A DNA stretch of 32,120 nt from NCBI GenBank assembly GCA_002410925.1, contig DHPR01000023.1, forward strand, positions 1-32,120, given 5' to 3'. Every line of letters begins with the position of its first letter. Position 1 is the first letter of the stretch. This document shows, piece by piece, positions 27,223-32,120 of this stretch. The notes beneath the pieces were generated by a model. It was not told the origin of the DNA. It was given only the letters and a program-made list of their open reading frames with translations, and searched no databases. Both the position numbers and the translations under genes were made by a program. The stretch comes from a bacterium UBP13_UBA5359. GTDB taxonomy: Bacteria > UBP13 > UBA5359.

Positions 27223-28320
27223 GTGAAAGAAAAACAGCATGTAATTTTAAATAACAAGATCAATCAAGAGAGTCCTGTTCCTGCTTTTTGGCAGATAAGC
27301 CAAACTATAACGGAAGCTATAAGGCTGGGTAATTATAAAAAGGGGGACAGGTTGCCGTCCGAGCGGCAGTTGTCCCTCTTCTTTAATGTTGCCAGGGGAA
27401 CCGTAAGGCATGCTCTGGAACATCTGGTTGCCGAAGGAATCCTGGTAAAGGAGGCCTCTCGGGGTGTATTTATCGGTGATGTATCCCCGGCCAACGCCAG
27501 GATGCACAAGATAGGTTTTGTAACCTGGCATATCAGGGGAGTGGAATTTCATCTGGCGACGCTGGAAATTCTGCGGGGAATAAATGATGCTCTGGAGCAA
27601 CAGGATTACAGTTTGGAGATGCTGACTGTAGATCCATTTATGCTGCCGAAGATAAAAGAGATCGTTTCCAGAAAAGGCTGGGAAGGCATAATTTTGGTAG
27701 GCCAGCAATTTTCGGATAGCACGATCAGGGAATTGAGCCGAGAAACGGTGCTGGTTTCCAGCCGCGCGGAGGCCGATTTCAAGGTGCTCATCGATTATCA
27801 GGATGCTGCATACCGGGTGACCGAGCATTTATTGGCATTGGGGCATCGTCAAATCGCCTTGATCAATGGAAAAAAAGAGCTGCCTGTGGTTGGAGCGATC
27901 TGCGCCGGCTATCACCGGGCTCTGGCGGAATACGGTGTTGCTGCGGACAGCCGCTTGATACGGTGCGACAGCTACGATCCCAAAGCAAGCTGGACATTTA
28001 CCAGGGATCTTCTGTCATCAAACAATCCCCCTACCGCCATAATTACAGGGGACGATTATATGGCTGTCGCCGCCTTGCAGGCCATGAAAGAGCTGGGAGT
28101 TGCTTGTCCCGACGATCTTTCACTGGCGTCATTCAATAATTTCAACTTTACGGAATATACCAATCCTTCTCTGACTACTTTTGCTGTCCCCTTTTCTGAA
28201 TTGGGCAGAGAGCTGGCCGGTTTGTTGAAAATGAGAATAACCGGAGAGGATGCTCAATCGGAAAAGATCCTGCGTGGCCGGCTGATTGTCAGGCAATCCA
28301 CGGCTGCGGCAAAGAGATGA
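27223..28320 (+). CDS. AraR-type transcriptional regulator (GntR wHTH plus LacI-type sugar-binding domain)
   Basis: GDRLPSERQLS..FNVARGTVRHAL..L..EG, then HLLALGHRQIALI, PPTAIITGDD, PDDLSLASFNN, PSLTT, LIVRQST. ORF track start is 27208; GTG 27223 is preferred because it is conserved in the remnant copy at 22532. Confidence 0.93.
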   Translation: MKEKQHVILNNKINQESPVPAFWQISQTITEAIRLGNYKKGDRLPSERQLSLFFNVARGTVRHALEHLVAEGILVKEASRGVFIGDVSPANARMHKIGFVTWHIRGVEFHLATLEILRGINDALEQQDYSLEMLTVDPFMLPKIKEIVSRKGWEGIILVGQQFSDSTIRELSRETVLVSSRAEADFKVLIDYQDAAYRVTEHLLALGHRQIALINGKKELPVVGAICAGYHRALAEYGVAADSRLIRCDSYDPKASWTFTRDLLSSNNPPTAIITGDDYMAVAALQAMKELGVACPDDLSLASFNNFNFTEYTNPSLTTFAVPFSELGRELAGLLKMRITGEDAQSEKILRGRLIVRQSTAAAKR

Positions 28321-28370
28321 GAGATGCGTGAAAAGAGCCGTCAAATACCAATAAACAGGGGGGTGCGATT

Positions 28371-29081
28371 ATGAAAAGGAGAGCTTCAGGCTTTACTCTT
28401 ATAGAGCTCCTGGTTGTTATTGCCATTATCGCTTTGCTGTCTGCCATGCTTTTTCCGGCATTCAGCAGGGCCCGGGCCAAAGCCCAGCAGACAGCCTGCA
28501 CAAGCAATCTCAAACAGATATATAACGCTCTTATGATGTATGCCGCCGATTACGACGGCAATCTGCCGTTGTCGAACGCCAATCAGCAGGGCCATGGATG
28601 GGCATTGGCAATACTGCCCTATTCAGTCGGCACCAAGCAGGGCAACATCTTTCCGGCGGGCAGTATCTTTACCTGCCCGGCCGCTGTTTTGCAATATCCG
28701 AGCCCTCCCAACCCCGATCACTGGCGGTTGACTTACGGCTTCAATGTTTTCGTGGGCATGTACGATGGCGTTGGTGTAATGGGTAACAAGCCTGCGGGGC
28801 TGCAGGCGGCGGAGAACGGGCCGTATGCAGACAGGGTGGTGCTGTGCATGGATTCCTACCACCATAGCATTACCCATCCCTACTCTGAAATCACCTGGTC
28901 CAGCTTAAGCTATACTTATGCGCATAATGAGAATAAGGCGGCACGTACGGCGGGGGTCAATGTACTTTTTATCAACGGCAATGTAAGGCATCTCAAATAC
29001 CCGGAAGAGAAGTACACTTGCATGATCGGGCCCTACCTGCGCACTGCCGGCCCGCATATCTATGATGAGTTTCCCAATTAA
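28371..29081 (+). CDS. Prepilin-type DUF1559-like protein (pilin-like 5), close paralog of pilin-like 4
   Basis: [29 protein letters not shown]. About 80% aa identity to 26054..26767 (about 47 differences in 237 positions by hand). Confidence 0.93.
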   Translation: MKRRASGFTLIELLVVIAIIALLSAMLFPAFSRARAKAQQTACTSNLKQIYNALMMYAADYDGNLPLSNANQQGHGWALAILPYSVGTKQGNIFPAGSIFTCPAAVLQYPSPPNPDHWRLTYGFNVFVGMYDGVGVMGNKPAGLQAAENGPYADRVVLCMDSYHHSITHPYSEITWSSLSYTYAHNENKAARTAGVNVLFINGNVRHLKYPEEKYTCMIGPYLRTAGPHIYDEFPN

Positions 29082-29115
29082 ATCTATTTTATCAATCAAC
29101 AAGGAGGTCTTGGGT

Positions 29116-32052
29116 ATGCGTTTGATAGCTCTGGCAATTGCAGCGATACTGGCGGCTCTCTGCCCGGCAGGCATCGCCCGGGGGCAGAATAATAATACGG
29201 TTGTTGTCGATGAGCCGTTGGGGGCAAGGTACAGCCTGGGCATGACGCTATGGCATATGGGCCATAACGTGGAGATGATCGCACGTTTTCACGATTATGT
29301 CCGGCAGGCCGGATTGGCCCCGGAAAAGTTGCTGCCGGTCGCTGATCTCAAACCGCCGGCGTCTGTGGTGCGGATACTGGTGGAGCCGGAATTGCTGGGC
29401 AATGAAAACCTCAACGGCTGGAAGGCAAACGGTGATTATATTGTTGCTCCCGGCGGTGACGGCGGGCCCACCACGGCTATCTCGCTCTTTGTGCCGCGGG
29501 CCGGGCTTTATCGGTTGTGGGTACAGTACCATGCTAGAGTCGGCGGGCGCGGGGTCACCTTTATGAAGATCTATCGCGCCGGGCAGGAAGAGCTCGGTCC
29601 TGTTTGCCAGCCGGATGAACTCTATGATATGCCGCCGGCCGTCACCGGGCCGGCCTGGAAGGATATGCTTGTCGACCTGCCGGCAGGCGAGCTGATCATC
29701 AAATTCGGTCCCGTCCTAAATGTATGGCACGGCAAAGGCAGCTATGATCAGCGCCAGGTGGATTGCCTTTATCTGACGGATGAGCTGTGGGCGGAGCCGC
29801 CGTCGGCCGATATTCGCAGGGCTATGAGAGAAGCGAAATCTCCCGTCGGTATTCAGTGGATAGTCAACGCGCCGCTGTCGCCGGCCGATATCGATACCTG
29901 GCGATGGTGGCAGGTGCGTCCTCTGTCCTGGGAGGAGGCCGGGGCCAATCCGCGGCTCTTTGATCTGAGCCGCCGCTTCTGGCAGGAGACCGTCGACAAG
30001 CTGTCTTTGCAGGAATACGAGGAGAAGGATAAGCCCGATTACCGTCTTCCGGAGCGGCAGGTGATTTACAACGATACCTGGAATATGGTGGCCAATCTCG
30101 TAAGAGCACGGAGGCAGATCGAGACTCTCAATGCCGATATCAGCCGCAGGGAGCTCGGCTATCGGTATGTCTGGCACGATGTGGCCGGTAATATCGACGG
30201 TCTGCGTGCCGATACTCGGTATGACAAAGACGGGCCTTATGCCCGATACGGCGGTTGGTTCCGTTGGTCCCATGCCGGCGGGTGTCTCTATGCCTCATAC
30301 GGTGCGTCTCGGGGCACGGTAACGACCTGGGTGCCGGTAGCCGAGCCGGGAACGTATACCGTATGGGTGCTTTCCAACCCGGTGAACCTGAGCTATACCG
30401 CGCCGTGGTACGGCAAAGTCAGCGTCGATGGTGTGGAGCAGTTCACTTATCATCATGCCGGAAAGATCTCCGCGGTGTGGATGAAGATGGGCGAAGCAGT
30501 CGTACAGAAGCCCGGCCGGGTGCAGGTGGACTTTATTCTGGATGGAGCCGGCTCGGGAGGGACCGACCGGCGTATCTATACCCTCTTTTTGGTAAACGAT
30601 GCGACGATTCTTCCCAACGGCACCGTGCGTCCGCCGTGGACAATGGATATGTACCGCCGGCGGGCAGCCGCCGCCGGCGCTCAGGACAAAGATAAATTGT
30701 TGCTTTGGCTGAGCGAGGATCCCTATCGTCCTCTTTCCCAGGAAGTTTGGGCAGATCGCACCTCTGCCGGGGACAGCTGGCCTCATGAGCCGATCAGGGG
30801 TACCGTGCGGGCCAAAGAGATGTTGATGGCACGTGATACACAGGCCGCCGTGCAGGTCGGCCTGCGTAATCTGACGGACAAACCTCTTCTTCTGGAGGTG
30901 CAACCCGGCCCGCTGCGCGGAAAGGGAGGCGTCTTTCGCGGGGCCGTCACCTGGCGGACGGAAGCCTTTGTGCCTTATGGTGCGGACAGGCAGCAGTGGA
31001 CGCCGTTTTTTCTCATGCGCAGACCGAATATCACCGTTCCGCCGTTGAATGTGGCCGGGGTATGGCTTACCGTGGATACCCGGCAGGTGCCCCCCGGAGA
31101 TTACGAGGTCGCAGTGATCTTCCGCGGCCGCGGCATACCGGCATATACCGTTATGCTCAAGGTGCGTATCTCTGCCGTAAAACCGGAACCGAGGCAGCCC
31201 GTTTTAGTGAACGGCTGGACGCGGCCGCATGAAGGAGAGGCGTACCTGCGTGATTTCGTCGAGCATGGCATGAACGTCTGGTACGTTCACGCCGGCAGCC
31301 CGATGAGCAAGGCGGATATGCAGAAGTGGGGTATCCGTCAACTTCACTTGCATTGCGGCGGCATGCAGGGTATTCCCGAATGGCTGGCCAACCTCAAAAA
31401 ACTGGGTTTGAAGTATGACGATTATTTTATAGGCATCAAAGACGAGCCGAACGCCGGTACGGAGGAAAAACTGAAGCCCTATCTGGAGATTGCCGAAGAG
31501 ATACGCAAAGCGGACCCAAAGGTGCGCATAAGTTTCAATCCTGCGGAAGAGGCTACATTGGCGACCTTTCAGATTCTTGATAAATATTGCGATTTCTGGC
31601 TGCCTTATACAAAGCATGTCTTTTCACCGTACTACGATAACCCGGCCAAACGAGCGCTTTATCATCCCAAGCCGTGGATGTGGTATACCACTCCCTGCTT
31701 ATGGGACAAGACTGCTCGCGATCCGGGCATTCGTCAGGTGCCGTCGCAACCGGGCAATTGTGTGGGAGTAGCCTTTTTTGCGCTTAATTACCCTTGGCGT
31801 GATCAGTGGGACACCGGCTACGAGCACATTTCCGATGCTTCTACCATGGGGGCGGTTATCTCCCGCCATGGTCCGGTGGCCACGATCGTCTGGGAGCAGA
31901 TTCGCGAAGTTCTGCAGACCGCCAATCTGGCGATGATGGTACGGGAACGTCTGGGGGTCAGGACTTTTAACGAAGTAACCGATACCGATATGCAGAGATT
32001 GATCCGCGAAGGCACCTCGGCGGAACTGATACGCTGGCTGGAAACACATTAA
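29116..32052 (+). CDS. Large secreted protein, putative glycoside hydrolase (two CBM-like modules plus a GH123/DUF4091-like barrel)
   Basis: Signal peptide MRLIALAIAAILAALCPAGIARG from ATG 29116 after AAGGAGG (ORF track start 29062). Repeated VPRAGLYRLWV and VAEPGTYTVWV modules, then GVWLTVDT..VPPGDY, GIKDEP, DFWLP, WWYTT. Confidence 0.62.
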   Translation: MRLIALAIAAILAALCPAGIARGQNNNTVVVDEPLGARYSLGMTLWHMGHNVEMIARFHDYVRQAGLAPEKLLPVADLKPPASVVRILVEPELLGNENLNGWKANGDYIVAPGGDGGPTTAISLFVPRAGLYRLWVQYHARVGGRGVTFMKIYRAGQEELGPVCQPDELYDMPPAVTGPAWKDMLVDLPAGELIIKFGPVLNVWHGKGSYDQRQVDCLYLTDELWAEPPSADIRRAMREAKSPVGIQWIVNAPLSPADIDTWRWWQVRPLSWEEAGANPRLFDLSRRFWQETVDKLSLQEYEEKDKPDYRLPERQVIYNDTWNMVANLVRARRQIETLNADISRRELGYRYVWHDVAGNIDGLRADTRYDKDGPYARYGGWFRWSHAGGCLYASYGASRGTVTTWVPVAEPGTYTVWVLSNPVNLSYTAPWYGKVSVDGVEQFTYHHAGKISAVWMKMGEAVVQKPGRVQVDFILDGAGSGGTDRRIYTLFLVNDATILPNGTVRPPWTMDMYRRRAAAAGAQDKDKLLLWLSEDPYRPLSQEVWADRTSAGDSWPHEPIRGTVRAKEMLMARDTQAAVQVGLRNLTDKPLLLEVQPGPLRGKGGVFRGAVTWRTEAFVPYGADRQQWTPFFLMRRPNITVPPLNVAGVWLTVDTRQVPPGDYEVAVIFRGRGIPAYTVMLKVRISAVKPEPRQPVLVNGWTRPHEGEAYLRDFVEHGMNVWYVHAGSPMSKADMQKWGIRQLHLHCGGMQGIPEWLANLKKLGLKYDDYFIGIKDEPNAGTEEKLKPYLEIAEEIRKADPKVRISFNPAEEATLATFQILDKYCDFWLPYTKHVFSPYYDNPAKRALYHPKPWMWYTTPCLWDKTARDPGIRQVPSQPGNCVGVAFFALNYPWRDQWDTGYEHISDASTMGAVISRHGPVATIVWEQIREVLQTANLAMMVRERLGVRTFNEVTDTDMQRLIREGTSAELIRWLETH

Positions 32053-32084
32053 AGATGATGATATAGGGAAAAGGGAAAGACAGT

Positions 32085-32120
32085 ATGAAAACACGTATTC
32101 AATACCAGCCGGATGCTCTG
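32085..32120 (+). CDS. Possible start of the next gene (partial)
   Basis: ATG at 32085 after a purine-rich AAAGGGAAAG tract. The frame is open to the window end (MKTRIQYQPDAL). Confidence 0.4.
   Translation, partial: MKTRIQYQPDAL

Noticed and set aside
26054-29081. Diversity-generating retroelement (template/variable repeat) explanation for the pilin 4/5 similarity
   Set aside because: No reverse transcriptase is present, both copies are full genes, and the substitutions (TGG/CAT, GGC/TAC) are not adenine-restricted.
1-32120. CRISPR array, rRNA, tRNA or riboswitch
   Set aside because: No regularly spaced repeats or recognisable structural RNA signatures were seen by eye. A covariance-model search was not possible.

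Overview
A bacterial carbohydrate-utilisation island, almost entirely on the + strand. It has five genes for type IV prepilin-like proteins (N-terminal GFTxxE methylation motif plus a DUF1559/H-X9-DG-type C-terminus). These are interleaved with four large signal-peptide-bearing putative glycosidases (two GH42-like, two DUF4091/GH123-like), cytoplasmic GH130 and GH63-like enzymes, a sugar ABC solute-binding lipoprotein and an AraR-type GntR/LacI regulator. Other genes encode redox, kinase, URO-D-like and amidohydrolase enzymes and two beta-propeller proteins. The window opens in what looks like the 3' end of an inositol-3-phosphate synthase gene. No SusC/SusD or pilus motor genes are present, so the best candidate for a novel system is a PUL-like locus in which diversifying pilin-like proteins may act as glycan-capture components (inference). 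The DNA also records how the island was built. One sigma70 promoter with a palindromic operator (CTGGTACA-N6-TRTAYCAG) occurs three times. Each copy was duplicated with the regulator gene, which has been deleted down to fragments in two of them. A second collapsed GntR gene, a duplicated gene-start remnant, and IS1634-like and ExeA-like transposon scars mark module junctions. Family calls come from motif recognition only; no searches were run. Several starts were moved from the ORF track using RBS position.
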